Program-made: the position numbers and the translations under genes | Assembly (NCBI GenBank): GCA_001643675.2 | Contig: LSRY02000060.1 | Span: forward strand, 1 to 64,000 | DNA length: 64,000 bases | DNA from: Monocercomonoides exilis PA203 | Lineage: Eukaryota > Protista > Preaxostyla | Reading direction: 5' to 3' | In this document: one piece after another, positions 40,313 to 52,612 of the stretch | How the letters are laid out: each line of letters opens with the position of its first letter | How positions within the stretch are numbered: position 1 is the first letter of the stretch | The notes under the pieces: model-generated | What the model was told of the DNA's origin: nothing | Databases searched by the model: none | The model's input: only the letters and a program-made list of their open reading frames with translations

Positions 40313-42154
40313 TTAAAAATGTTATTATGGGTTGTAATATTTTTTTAGTGTAATAATAATGAACAATTCCTGATAAATGAATACTTTAACAATTCATAAA
40401 AACTTTTAAATAAAAAAACTCAATAATTCATTTATCTATATAATAACAGTTTTTCTTTATTTCATTGGATTAATTTTTATAAAAAAAGTTCAATCAAAAG
40501 ATTATGCAATTTGAAATAAATAAAGTTAATGGAAATGTGAATAAATAATATATGTCGCAATTCTGATGATTTTCGTCATTATAATGCTTGTCAATTTTTG
40601 GTTAAATCAATTGAAATCTATGATTTAAATGAACTCGGTTCTTGAAAATATGAATATTTCAATATTACAAATATTTGATTTCGTAAATGAAAATCAATAA
40701 TGAAATTATCAATTATTATTTACAATATTACAAAAATTTATTTTACAACCCGAAGGAATAAATTAATTAAATAACTATCGGATGAATTATGATATTTATT
40801 ATTAATTGTGTTCTTTAAAATAATCCATTTTTCTCACTCAATATTTCGTTCAAAATATAAAAGAAGCTTTTCTGACAAAAAATAGACTTGTTAATCTCAC
40901 TTGATTGCTTTTAATCGATTTTTTTTTCGTGCACTTTGCAAATAAATAAATATTTATTAAAATAATAAGTTTATTTCCATTCAAAAATTTTTTCCAATGT
41001 TTTTCAATATCCCACCAAATATCAGAGATTTCGAAAAACAAATAATTTTTCCGTTGTTTACAATTAATGTCCTTCCTTTTCAAGTACACAGAAATTTTTC
41101 CAGAATTTTTTTATTTTTGTCATTTTTAACTTTTTCCATAGACTTTCAAATAGAAGAAAAATTGATTTTCTTTTAATTTTATTCTTAATTCTCACAAATC
41201 AAGATATCGTTTGAAAAAGTTCAAAGCAGCATGAAATAATCAAATTCACTATGTTTTCAACAATAAACATTATTATATCGATTTTTTACGAAAATTCAAA
41301 AATACATTTATTCTAATAATTTCAGTCAAAGATATTATTCTTCAATATCTCAACGAATATGAGACAGATAAATTCTTTGATCTCATTGCTTTAACATTTA
41401 TCTCATTGGCAGGCAATTGTTGCATTTATAGTTTCATTTATTAATCAATTATTTTCAAACAATTATTCAACTAGGTTATGTTTTCAGTCACTTTTCATAT
41501 TGAAAAATGAGAATTCATATATTAATTTTTTTTTCGATATTCATTTGTTAAATCTATATGTCTTTAACATATATTACAGGCAAGGATATATGCTGCATTA
41601 ATGATTTTTTCCTCCGCACAAATATAAATATTTACAAAATTATGTAAACTGAAGTATTTTTTCATAGAAATCATACATAGACAAATTTTATGAAAAATCG
41701 AAAAATTCCATAAAAAATTTCCGAGTTTTCAGATAAAAAAGTGATATTCGTTAATAACATGCAACGATATATTAGTACATATGGAATTGGAGATATCATT
41801 CAAATAGTCATAAAAGAGGGATTTTTGCAAATTTGGAAAAAAACACCAAAAAATCGAAATTTTTGTTTTCGCAATAACTCGACAAATAATGGTCATAACG
41901 AAATTCTGTTTCATGTGCAGTTAATCACATGACATATGTGAATATTTGATCACATCAAAATCGTTGTTAATCTCATTTTTAGAAATGTCATTTTTCGACA
42001 TGATACTAAAAGGTCACTTTTCGGATCAAAATTTTACAGAGATATGCAACAGATTCCAATAAATCATATTCCATACAAATAGCTACATGAGTGAATTAAA
42101 CGTTCATAATGAAAATATTCTCCAACTCGATGCATAAAAGGGGAAGAGTTGTAA

Positions 42155-42200
42155 AACCTAACCCTAACCCTAACCTAACCCTAACCCTAACCCTAACCTA
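42155..42200 (+). repeat. Interstitial telomeric tract (~8 CCCTAA/CCTAA units), same orientation as the terminal telomere
   Basis: gtaaAACCTAACCCTAACCCTAACCTAACCCTAACCCTAACCCTAACCTAgtttaaa; ~460 bp downstream of the YR2 stop and ~1.8 kb upstream of the YR1 start. Confidence 0.95.
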
Positions 42201-42504
42201 GTTTAAATACAATTAAACTTCGTCTTGTGGAAACAACAAAATGATGTTATTTTGAAGTGAAAAAGAGTGCGAAGATTTTGTTTCTCCACTGTGAATGTTA
42301 ATGCATCAAAGAAGAAATTGCAATAATTCAAAATAAAGAAAGATAAAATCAATTTCACAAACCTTGTTCATATGTGCAACATGGTGCATATAAGAAGTTC
42401 TCACAAAAAGTTCATGATTAATCTCCAGCTTTCAAATTGCGTCCTTGCAAAAGATTGAATCATCACTTTGGCTGTCCACTTCTTTCATCAAACCACTATT
42501 GATA

Positions 42505-42614
42505 TCTCTTCTCTTCTTCTCTTTCTCTCTCATTCTCTCTCATTCTCTCTCATTCTCACTCTCACTAACTCTCACTCTCTCTCGCTGACTCTCTCTATTC
42601 TCTCTCTCTCTCTC
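42505..42614 (+). repeat. CT-rich compound microsatellite, including (CTCTCATTCT)-like decamers
   Basis: Read directly from the sequence, just 3' of the YR2 stop codon. Confidence 0.85.
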
Positions 42615-42662
42615 CTTTGCAGATCTTCTTCGTTAACAGATTAATGATGTTCAACTATCGCA

Positions 42663-45600
42663 CTATTGCTTTGAACGAGATGTATTCCGCCTCAAGTTCA
42701 TCAAGATGCCACTGCTTTCCTTTGCTTTCTCATTTGTCAATTGTTTAATAATGTTCCTTACACGGTCTCTACACGAGTTGGCTGATCTTATTTTCAGTTT
42801 TTCTCCAATATCTGCAAATGATTTCCCATCCATCAATTCTTTTATCAAAATATCGTCTTCCATTCTCGTCCAATGAATTCTGGATTTGCAATTTGTTATT
42901 GGATTTATTGTTCTTTCCTCTCTAAGTTTTTTTCTTGGCTCAAAATCTTTAACATCCAATATGATCTTTCCATCAAGATAGTCATCTATTTGCGATAGGA
43001 ATTCGTTTGCAATATCAATTAAATCTCCGCCACTGGTTTTAACGAGTTGGAGAACATACTCTTTGCATGCTTGAATAGTGGTTTGAGTCTTTTTTCTTTT
43101 TATATCATGTTCCTTCATAAACTTTGTCGCCGCCATTGAATGCAATTTGGATACATAAGAAGATGGATATCCAAGTTTCCAGCAGGCGAATTTTATTACT
43201 TGCAAAATATAAAACCTTAAAGTGACTATTATACTGTCTATCTTCCATTCACTTTGGTTGATTTTCATATTATGGAAAACCTCCGGCTTTGATAGATCAA
43301 AGTCATACGGATTATCGCTTTCCAGAACATCACTTGGAAAGTTTGTTCTGTTTGCAATGATTGTAGCTTTGGAAGTCCTATTGAGGTACTTCTCCTCAGT
43401 AGGACCTCCAAACTTCCATTTTGCTATTATAGAGGCAGTTTCCAGCACGCTTTCTCTTTTGTATGGGCTATCCCCTATTTTGAGCAAAGCTGAACACAGA
43501 AACCCGGAGCGAAAAGAATGGAATCCAAAAAGCTTCTCGGGATAGCCTGCCTGTTTTGCCCTCTTCTGTATCCTTACCCTCATGGCACCTTTGCGCAAGC
43601 CCCACACACGTTCCCACCCCAAATCCTTTAGATTCCATTCATCAAATCGAGTTAACGAAAGGCCAAATTCTTGCACTAAGTATTGTTCAAACCACCATAT
43701 GAAATTCAAGCTGCTTTTTGAACAAATGTCCCCCTCCAGGGTCACGCAATGGTCATCCATTCTAATGTTTTTGCCACACACCAAATTGAAAGTTATCTTA
43801 AGAAATGAAGAATTTTCCTTTGCATATACTCGTACAATATCTCTCAATTTTATATTTGCGCAGGTGATGCTTCTTGATCCTGTGGAGAGTGCGAAAATAA
43901 ACAGTGAAGCCTCCCTGGGCTTCTCGACAACCCAATCTGGAATAGAAGAAATAATTCGTTCCAAATCACCCACTATCAAAGGCTCCTTTTCTTTTGATAC
44001 AAGCATGTTTGCACCACCTCTTGTTTTGATATTTAAGTTGAACATTTTCATGTGAGCCGTTTGAATCTCTCTATTCGCTTGCATAACTGCTTGTCTCACT
44101 TCAATATCCACTGGAAGTTTGGTGTTTGTTTGAGACAAGGAGTATAAACTTGGAATGATGGATGATTTCAAGGATTTCATTGAATATCGACATCCAATTC
44201 CAAGTAGTTTTAAAAACCCATATGTCAATTCCGGTTGCAAAGGCCATGGTTTTTTTTTAAGAGTTCGACATAATAAACAATACATTTCTGAAACCCATTC
44301 ATGTGTTTTTATCGTATCTCCACAAGCAGGAACTCCTCTTTTCATGTACTTATTAATTGTTTTCTTTCCGTAAGATCGTAAAATGTTTGATAATCTTGAT
44401 GGAGAATCATACACATATCTTGGTTGTTTGCACATTGGATTTTTGCTTTTTTCTGCAACCATTTCAATAGGTTTGAACTCTTCGTTTTCCACATTATTAT
44501 ACAACACTTTTTTCGATTCACAAAGACGAAACTTTTCATCTGTTGTTATTTGATCAACAATTGAATAAGGAATTTTACTTGATTCTTGCAGTTTTTTCCG
44601 AAGAAGTGAAAGATTTTCTTCTGTATGCAACACTGTTTTCCTTTTCAATTTGCATCTTCTTTTTTCGTTACGAGATTTTTTCCTCCTTTTTTGTTTATTT
44701 TCATTTTCAGAAGAAAAGGATTCTGATTTCTTTTCGTCATTCCTTTTGTGATAAACACTTGAATTTTGATAATCAGATTCTACTTCGCTCCACATTACCA
44801 TTTCATCCGATTGCTCTGATATTTCATCCGAACTACTGATTTCTGAATTGTTTTCATCCTGAATGCGAATTTCATTGATTCGTTTGTTGCTCTTTTCGCA
44901 TTTCTTATCCAAGTCCTTGACAGATTTTTTCGTTTTCTTTTGATTTCGCAACTGTTTTGTGATTCTTTGTATCTTTGATCTTTCATTTGAATCGTTAAAT
45001 GAACTTGAAGTTATAATTGATGAATCTTTATTCTTTTCCTTTCCGAAATGAGAACGATGAATTGAACTTGTTTCACTTGAAGTTGTATCGTCAGTATAAG
45101 CACCATCTTGTTGTAATTCCAAATCTTGATTTTCAATTTCACATTCCCTTGTTTTCAAACGAGTTGACACTTTCGAAAGTTTGGTTTCATTATAAATATC
45201 CGATGTCTTTCTTCGCTTGACATATGTTCGTTTTTTCATAGCTGATGAGGGTTCTTGTGTATTATTCTTCTTATTTGGTTTGTGAACGAGCATTGATCTT
45301 GCTTTTCTTGGACGGCCAGGTTTTCTTTTCTTTTCTTGATAACATTTTTGTTCTTTCACAACTGATTTTTCATTCACACTTTCTTTCTCAGCTTCATTTG
45401 TTTTACAACAATCTTCAACATCAATGAAAGTTGCATTCATAATAACAGCTCCTCCAATTCTTGTTCTCAAAGCATTAAAATCATTAACAAGCATCAATTG
45501 GTTTTCGTATGCATTAATCAATTCTGAGTTCTCTTTTTCACTTTCTGTAATTATTCTCATCAGGAAACTGTTCTTTTCACGTAAAGAAAAACATTGAAAA

Positions 45601-46779
45601 GAATTTTGTTTATCATTCAAAATCGATTGCTTCGAATATTGCTTGGTGTGTGACAGATGATTTGAATTTATTGATAAATCACGATTAAATTCTTGCATAT
45701 CAACACTTCTTTCAATATCCATTTCTGAAACCAATGACGATGTTTGGGAAGTGCAAACTGGATATTGAATGGATGCACTTACACATGCAGAAGGATAATT
45801 CTGTGTTGGATAATAATTAGCTCCTCCTTCATACAAATGCTGTTCCTGATTTTCAATATGGGATAAATCTTTTTCTGATAATTCAAAATCTTTATTCTTT
45901 TCATTTGAATTTGATGTTTTATCATTAGTAAATAAAGTTTCACTATCGTTGCGTTCGTTACAAAGATTGGAAATACGTTTATCATCTAAATTTTCAGGCT
46001 CAGATTCACTTGAAATATCTTTATCGCAGTTATTGTCTTTCTGCCTCCTGATCTTGCACAATTCATCCAAGTTTTCTTTTCTGACAAAATACAAAGGTCT
46101 TGGGTAAATACTGCGATGTGCATATTGTCTCACTGATTCCAGTGAAGCTTGAAGCGGATATTGTTCAAGTATTGTGGAATTGAAACTTATCTGGGGGATT
46201 GTTTCGTCATTTGCCAAATTCATCAGCCATGAAGAAATTGATTCAATATCGCTATCATTCAGATTTCTTATTGTTGAATCTGTTCTTTCTTGATCATCAA
46301 TCATTCTGCTCTCATTTTCAGTCAAAGATGGCGTTGATACAATATCATCGAAAGTTCTGAATTGTTCTGTTGAACTTATTCTTAAAGGAGAAAGAGGAGG
46401 ACTCACCAAGAATGGAGAAGATGGAGAAGAGACTGAAGACAGCTGTGGAGAATGAAGTGAACTGATTGAAACCAGAGGAGATAAAGCTGGTAATGAGAAA
46501 AATCCTGGTTTTGATGGACTTAGTTCTCCTCTGTTGGCTTTTCTTTCCTCTTCAATTCTTGAAAAAGATTTGATCTTCGAAATTTTGTTGCTGAGATGAG
46601 CTGCAATGATTAAAATAAAACAAATATTGATTGGAAACCACGAAATAAATAATGATCAAACTTCTTGCAAAAGTCGATTGAGTGCTTTGAAAAAAAAGAT
46701 ATATGAAAATAATCTTTATTCTTAATTGCAAAAGAATGAAAAACCTTCTGCTATTCACTTTTCTCATTCTTCGAATCAT
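42663..46779 (-). CDS. YR2: ~1,331-aa AT-hook / tyrosine recombinase / Myb fusion; predicted exons 46779-46745, 46684-46662 and 46600-42663
   Basis: Catalytic motifs STGSRSITC (R), VCGKN (K), FGFHSFRSGF (HxxR), IAKW (W), TEEKYLN (Y). AT-hook-like KRKPGRPRK. C-terminal Myb RIHWTRMEDDILIKELMDGKSFADIGEKLKIRSANSCRDRVRNI. The listed ORF starts at TTG; two short T-rich GT-AG introns (60 and 61 nt) join it in frame to ATG 46779. Confidence 0.9.
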
Positions 46780-48780
46780 CGCTTAATCAATATGATAAAA
46801 ACGCAACCACACGATTATGTTTCGATATATTAGTTGTTGAAAGCAAACAAATAATGAATAGTTAATCGATAATCAATAAAAACACAAACCTTCTTATGGT
46901 AATTAGGTCTTTTATTCACAATTTTTTGAAAATTGATTTCTTTATTTATAATTATTTCTAATTGAAGTGAAAATGGGTGTGATCTTTATCTTTTTCTTTC
47001 ATATCTATTTCTTTCAAAATGAACACTTTTTGGTCGTTCCAACAAAACTCATAGTTAGAATTTTATTTTGTATTTCATTATCACAATCCATTTGATTTAT
47101 TTTGTTCAACTTTTTTGATATTTCTCAGTGTTTAAACATTCTTCAAGAATCCTTCACTTGATGGGTTATGTTGAAATGAATAGACTCCAATAATGAAAAT
47201 CACGTATAAAGAATGTTCTTTTTTTGATTACTTCTTTCAATATCTGTTTTTCTTACACCAGACTTTTTTCTTTTCTATATATTTAGACATTCCAATCGTT
47301 TTGTTGATTTATTCCTTTCACCAGGCGAGTTTTGCAAGAAAAGTTGATTCATCTTAATGAATGCGTTAAGATATAGCAGTTTTGATATCAAAAAGATTTT
47401 ATTGAATATGTTTTTTCAAATAATTCAAATTTTGATTGAATATAAATAACTGTTATTAATAATGAAAGATCCCTTTTTATTATCAATTAAATCAACATCT
47501 GAAAGTCTATTTGCTTCAATTGAAATTCATTTCTATATTTTTTGATTGTCAATCAAACTCTTTATTACAATGATTGAGAATTAAACAATTTTTTATGATT
47601 TCAAAGATAGAAAGTGAAAATTTTTAACAATATAAAGGAATTTTTGTGAAAATGAATAATGACAGATACAAAATGGAATATAAATTATTAATCTTGACTG
47701 TTTAGTCATTTATTTAATTCATTTCGATTTTCCAATGTGAAAAAAAAAATTAAATTTAGAAAATGGAAATAAACAACGATATGTTTTTAGAAAATGACTA
47801 TCAAAATGTTTTTCATTTTATTTTGAAATAAATTACATTCGTTTGTTGATGCGTTTCTTTCATTGTCATTGCTTTTAACAAATCATTTAAGTTATTTAAT
47901 TATGTTTTCTTGATCAATTTTTTGTCAAACTCCACTTATCCATTCATTTCCCCAGATATTTTTTAAATCGTTTGACACAAAGTTGCAAATTAATATTTTC
48001 TATTTTTTCCAGGTTTTTTATTTCAAAAACATATCTCATTCATGAAAAGATTTTTTCATTTTCATATTCAATCAAATTTTCTTGGTTATTCGGTGAAAAT
48101 CTCATCAACTTTGAAAATTATTCAGTTTTTTCGAAAAAAATATTTTTGAAGTGACACATATCTGTTATTGTTTTTCGATAAAATCATCCTCCAAATATTC
48201 CTATTAATAGAGATAATTAATGATAAAGTTATTTTTTTCCAATGATTCTTCTTGTTTCATTCGCATTCAATTAAAAATTGTGTGCCAAGTGAACAACTTT
48301 CAGAATAACTTTCATATTTCAGTATTCAATGTGCGAAAGACTTCTCCATTCAATAACACTTAAAGAATTTCATTTCAATTGCTTCTTTCTGTTAAACAAA
48401 GCGACATTTGCACCTGTTCAAAGAATTCACAGCCAAATAAAATTGCTCATTATCAAATATTTTTCTGAAGGAGAAGTGTTTTTGTGTGATATGGCAGCAA
48501 ACACAAATACCATCAATTGTCAATCCAACTTGCATGAATAGAAATTGAATATCCTTTTGAGCGCTGAGATGTCAAGCATTTAAGTCCCATTTTCATTGCT
48601 TTCCAGTGTCAAAAAAGGACCCATAAAGTTTTATGGTTAACGAATTTTCTCTTGGAAAGTTGAAAAAAATCGATTTTATGATGTTTTTCATAAAAATTCA
48701 AATATTTCAAAAAAGTTGGATTTTCATCAGTTTTTCATGTTCTTCCCATTTTTCACAATTTTGAATTGACCACGGTCATA

Positions 48781-48794
48781 CTAACCTAACCTAA
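48781..48794 (+). repeat. CTAACCTAACCTAA, (TTAGG)-type telomere-like motif at the YR3 breakpoint
   Basis: Read directly. It supplies the TAG stop of YR3, and an identical 14-mer lies at 52599-52612. Confidence 0.8.
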
Positions 48795-51487
48795 AATAAA
48801 AAGGGATGCTTCCCTTGGCTTCTCCAACACCCAGTCTGGAATACATCCAATAATTCTTTCAAGATCTCCGACAATTAAAGGCTCCTTCTTTTTGGATTTA
48901 ATCAAATTTGCTCCTCCTTTTGTATCAATATTGAAGTGATACAGTTTTGTCTTCGCAGCACGAATCTCACTCATTGCTTGCTTCACAGCAAGCTTCACCT
49001 TCACACTGACGGATGAATCAGATTGACTTTCAGAAAGAAAATACAAACTTGGGATGATAGAAGCACACAGAGACTTCACTGAATAACGAAGTCCAATTCC
49101 CAAAAGCTTGAGAAATCCATATGTTGGATCTTCCTCCAATGGCCAGGTTGGAAAATGAAACTTTTCACAAAACAAACAAAACATTCCCCTCACCCATTCA
49201 TGACTTTTTGATGTTTCTCCGTATGTTGGTGTCCCTCTTTTGATATATGTTTGTAAAGTCTCCGCGCTGTAAGTTCTGAGTGAATTAGATAATCGATTTG
49301 GTGTGTCGTAGACAAAGCGTGGAGAATCCATCGCTGGTGTGGAAGATCCAGTTGAAATCAAATCCAAAGGCCTGAACTCTTCGTCTTGTTCATAACCATA
49401 CAATTCCTTTCTTGTTTTTCTCACTCTAAAAGCTTCATCAGTTGTAATTTGCTCAATAAATGTGTACGGTTTCTTTCTTGACATATTCAATTTGTGCAAC
49501 AGAGCACTTTTCGTCTCAGCCGTGTCAAAAACAGTCCTTCGCTTTTTCTTTTCCTTTTTCTTCAGAAATGATCTTTGTTTCTTTTGTTTTCTTCCTTTCA
49601 CTTTTGAAATTGCCAAATCTGAACTTGCAATGCTTCCACAATTTTCCTGCGAACTCTCATTTTCTTCTTTATCATTATCTATCAGCATGATCTCTTTATC
49701 TTCAGCGGTTTGTTTTCTATCCATTTCGTTCACTGAAAGTTTTTTTTCCTTTCCCTTCGAACCTTTGACACTCACTTTTTCACCATGAAGAACTTTTCTG
49801 ATATCGATAAATGAAAGATTTTGCAGCTCTTCATTAATCTGAAAATTTCTCCCACTGTCAGGACATTGTTCATTTTCAGTTCCTTCTTTTTCTTGATTTT
49901 CTTTCTCTGATTGTCTTCTTGTCGATATGGTTGAAAGTTTGGATGCAGTATATATATCGGATGAAGAACGCCTTTGTTTGTACACTCTTTTCTTTTCCGT
50001 TTCATCCGTCTTTTGGTATTTCTTTAATGTTCCTTCGATGAATTTTGCGGTTCTGCTTTTCTTGGGTCTCCCTCTTTTTTTTCTTTTTTCACAGATTTTC
50101 TTTAATTCTTTGATATTCTTTTCCTGTTTTTTGTAATTGTCTGGATCTTCCTTTTCTGATTGCTCTTCCAGCTGAACAATTGTAACATTTGAAATCGTTG
50201 CACCACATATTTTGTCCTTCAAAGCATTAAAATCGTTCACAAGCATGAGTTGCTGCTCAAAAACAGAAATTATCTCCTCGACATTATCGTAACGAACTTG
50301 ATTTATCGTGTTCTCCTTTGATAAAGATAGATCAACATGTTGCGATGAACGAATATTGAAACTTGATTGATTTTTATCGTAGTGAAACTCTTTCCGAAAT
50401 TCTTCGTATTCGGTTTTTCGTGTTATCTCGGGGTAAATATGTTCATTTGTTCCATTTGTGGCTTCTGTTGCATTTACAGTTCTTTGCATGAATTGAAAAT
50501 GACTCGAAAACATTTCTGGACATGCACAAACGGATGCAGATGAATATCCAACAAGTGAATCCGAAAATGTTGATGACTGTGCATAAGGATCGCTCCTATC
50601 AGAACTTTTATCCATTCCTTTCGATTCAGATTCTTCAGAATAGAAAGTCTCAGTTGATGAATTCGTCTCCTCCTCATTTGATGATTGTAAAGATTTTTCT
50701 GTTATTTCATTTTCCTTGTGGTTGCCTGAACTGAGTTTGTCTGGAAATTCGTCTGTTGAAGAATTATCTATATTGTCAATATTTCTTTTCATTCTCTCTG
50801 CGCAGAGCTCGTCAAGATTTTCTTTCCTAACGGAAAACAGCGGCCTTGGGAAAATGCTTTTATGTGCGCACTCACGAATGCAATCCAAAGACATTTGCTC
50901 TGGATACTGTTCCAAGACGGTTGAGTTAAAATCAAATTTGGGTAAGGAATCATCATTTTTCAAATTCATAAGCCATTGCGAGATTGATGATATTTGGTCA
51001 GCATTGTCTATTTTTTTCTTTTTGGCTTTTTCCTTTTGAGCAGCATTGTTTGCAATCCTTTCAAGTGATGGAGTGGAAATTACATCGTCGAAGCTACTGA
51101 ATTGAACGGTTGAAGATTGACGAAGTGGGGACATTGGTGGGCTGATGAAGAAAGGAGAAGAAGGAGCGGAAATTGCATTTGAACGAATTGAAGGAGTGTG
51201 ATGAGGGGTAGTTGTTGGAGTGAGTGGTGGCAAACGGTAGAAATTTGGCTGCGAAGGCGATGCAACTCCTTTCTGTGCTCTTCTCTCGTCTTCCTTTTGA
51301 TTGGTGATCTCTTGATTTCGTTCTTTATAGAAAATTAATTGCCTATAATAAAAACGAAAGAAAGCATAAACAAACTGTAGAAATTCATAGAATTTTTGCT
51401 GTTAATTGAATAGAATAATAAAATTAGCACCAATGAAAAATGCTCCACAAACTATTTATCTCCAGCGTATCGGGATCTTCTTAACAT
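48786..51487 (-). pseudogene. YR3: 3'-truncated paralog of YR2 (AT-hook and core-binding domain; no catalytic residues, no Myb); predicted exons 51487-51453, 51398-51376 and 51322-48786
   Basis: Collinear with YR2 (ISSWLMNL/ISQWLMNL, LMLVNDFNAL, KEPLIVGDLERII..IPDWV.EKPREASLFI). It ends SLFILG* where YR2 continues SLFIFALSTGSRS. Canonical AT-hook RKKRGRPKK. It has the same 35-nt and 23-nt 5' exons as YR2. I found no continuation in 46800-48780. Confidence 0.85.
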
Positions 51488-52415
51488 TGCAATTTTTCTA
51501 ATACGAAAAAAGAACAGGAAAAATCGATTAATTGTGAGAAATTGATGTTAAAGTGATGTTCCAAACTTGAATAAGTCACAAAATCTTCAAATATATACAA
51601 GAAATAAATTGGATTTATCAGGAAAATTTTTTTCCTTGGATGTGATCAAGATAGATGGAGATAATGGTTTGTTCCGCAACATATTATGGTCATGATCAAT
51701 CAATTATTATTTTGTTTCAGATTTTTCCAAAGAGGAAAATAAGCGTATCAGATGTTGTCGATATTGAACAAGAGTTAATTTACAAGTATGTTGGCTATAT
51801 TGTAATTAAAAAAATATTGATTTTGATTCAATTTTTTGATTAGTTCGTTTTTCAATTTTCCAGAGCTCGATCATGAAAAGGCATGTGTAACGAAGTGGAA
51901 ACGCTGTTTGTTAGGTAATTTCACCGTGCTGCAAATAAGATTTCATAAGAAGGAAAAGCTGGACCTAATAATCCAAGTTAGCCAAATTTTGAATATTAAA
52001 CGTTGAAAATGAATTGTTAAATCTTTTTATCAGGACATATGGTTAGGAGGTTAGAACACAAAGTCACAAGCAGGTTAATTTATCAGTTCTTTTTATGAAA
52101 ACCGAATATTTTCATTGACGAATGAAAACAATAGTATTTTTTGTTTCCATTTAATCAAAAAAAGAAAAAATCAATATTTTAGTATATTAATGCAGTTTAC
52201 TCATCTCATTCGTTTTTCAAAAACACTTTATTCATGTTAAAAACAAAGTTATTTTAAAAATAATCATCATATTCTTTGTTAAAAAAAGGATTTTTCAAAC
52301 AATAATTCATTTTCGACAGTCAAAATAAACTTTTCATTGAAAGATAATTTTAAGATAAAAAACCAATAAGTTTTGGAGCAAAAAGAGGGAAAGATCGTAA
52401 GCTTAATTATTTAAA

Positions 52416-52612
52416 TTAGGTTAGTGGTATTAAAGACCCATAACTTCATTTGAATTTTGCCGGTCAACCATCAAACCAATTATGACAAAAAATATCTCAA
52501 ATGATAGACAAATCACCGCTCTATTATTCAATATCATTTTCATTCCATGCTAGTTCTTCAAGCCCTTCAAATTCTCAGTTTAGGTTAAACTTTTTTTTCT
52601 AACCTAACCTAA
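52416..52612. mobile_element. Possible small element bounded by TTAGGTTAG ... CTAACCTAA inverted ends
   Basis: TTAGGTTAG at 52416-52424 and CTAACCTAACCTAA at 52599-52612. The inverted match is only 9 bp and there is no clear target-site duplication. Confidence 0.3.

Noticed and set aside
48329-48600. Possible downstream exon carrying the missing YR3 catalytic domain
   Set aside because: The minus-strand translation I could read (QKDIQFLFMQVGLTIDGICVCC...) shows no similarity to the YR2 catalytic region.
37564-51487. YR genes as a DIRS/Ngaro retrotransposon, prophage or protelomerase
   Set aside because: There are no RT/RNase H, gag or phage genes, predicted spliceosomal introns are present, and the HxxR...W...Y pattern is Cre-like rather than the R-K-RxxY-H-Y pattern of protelomerases.
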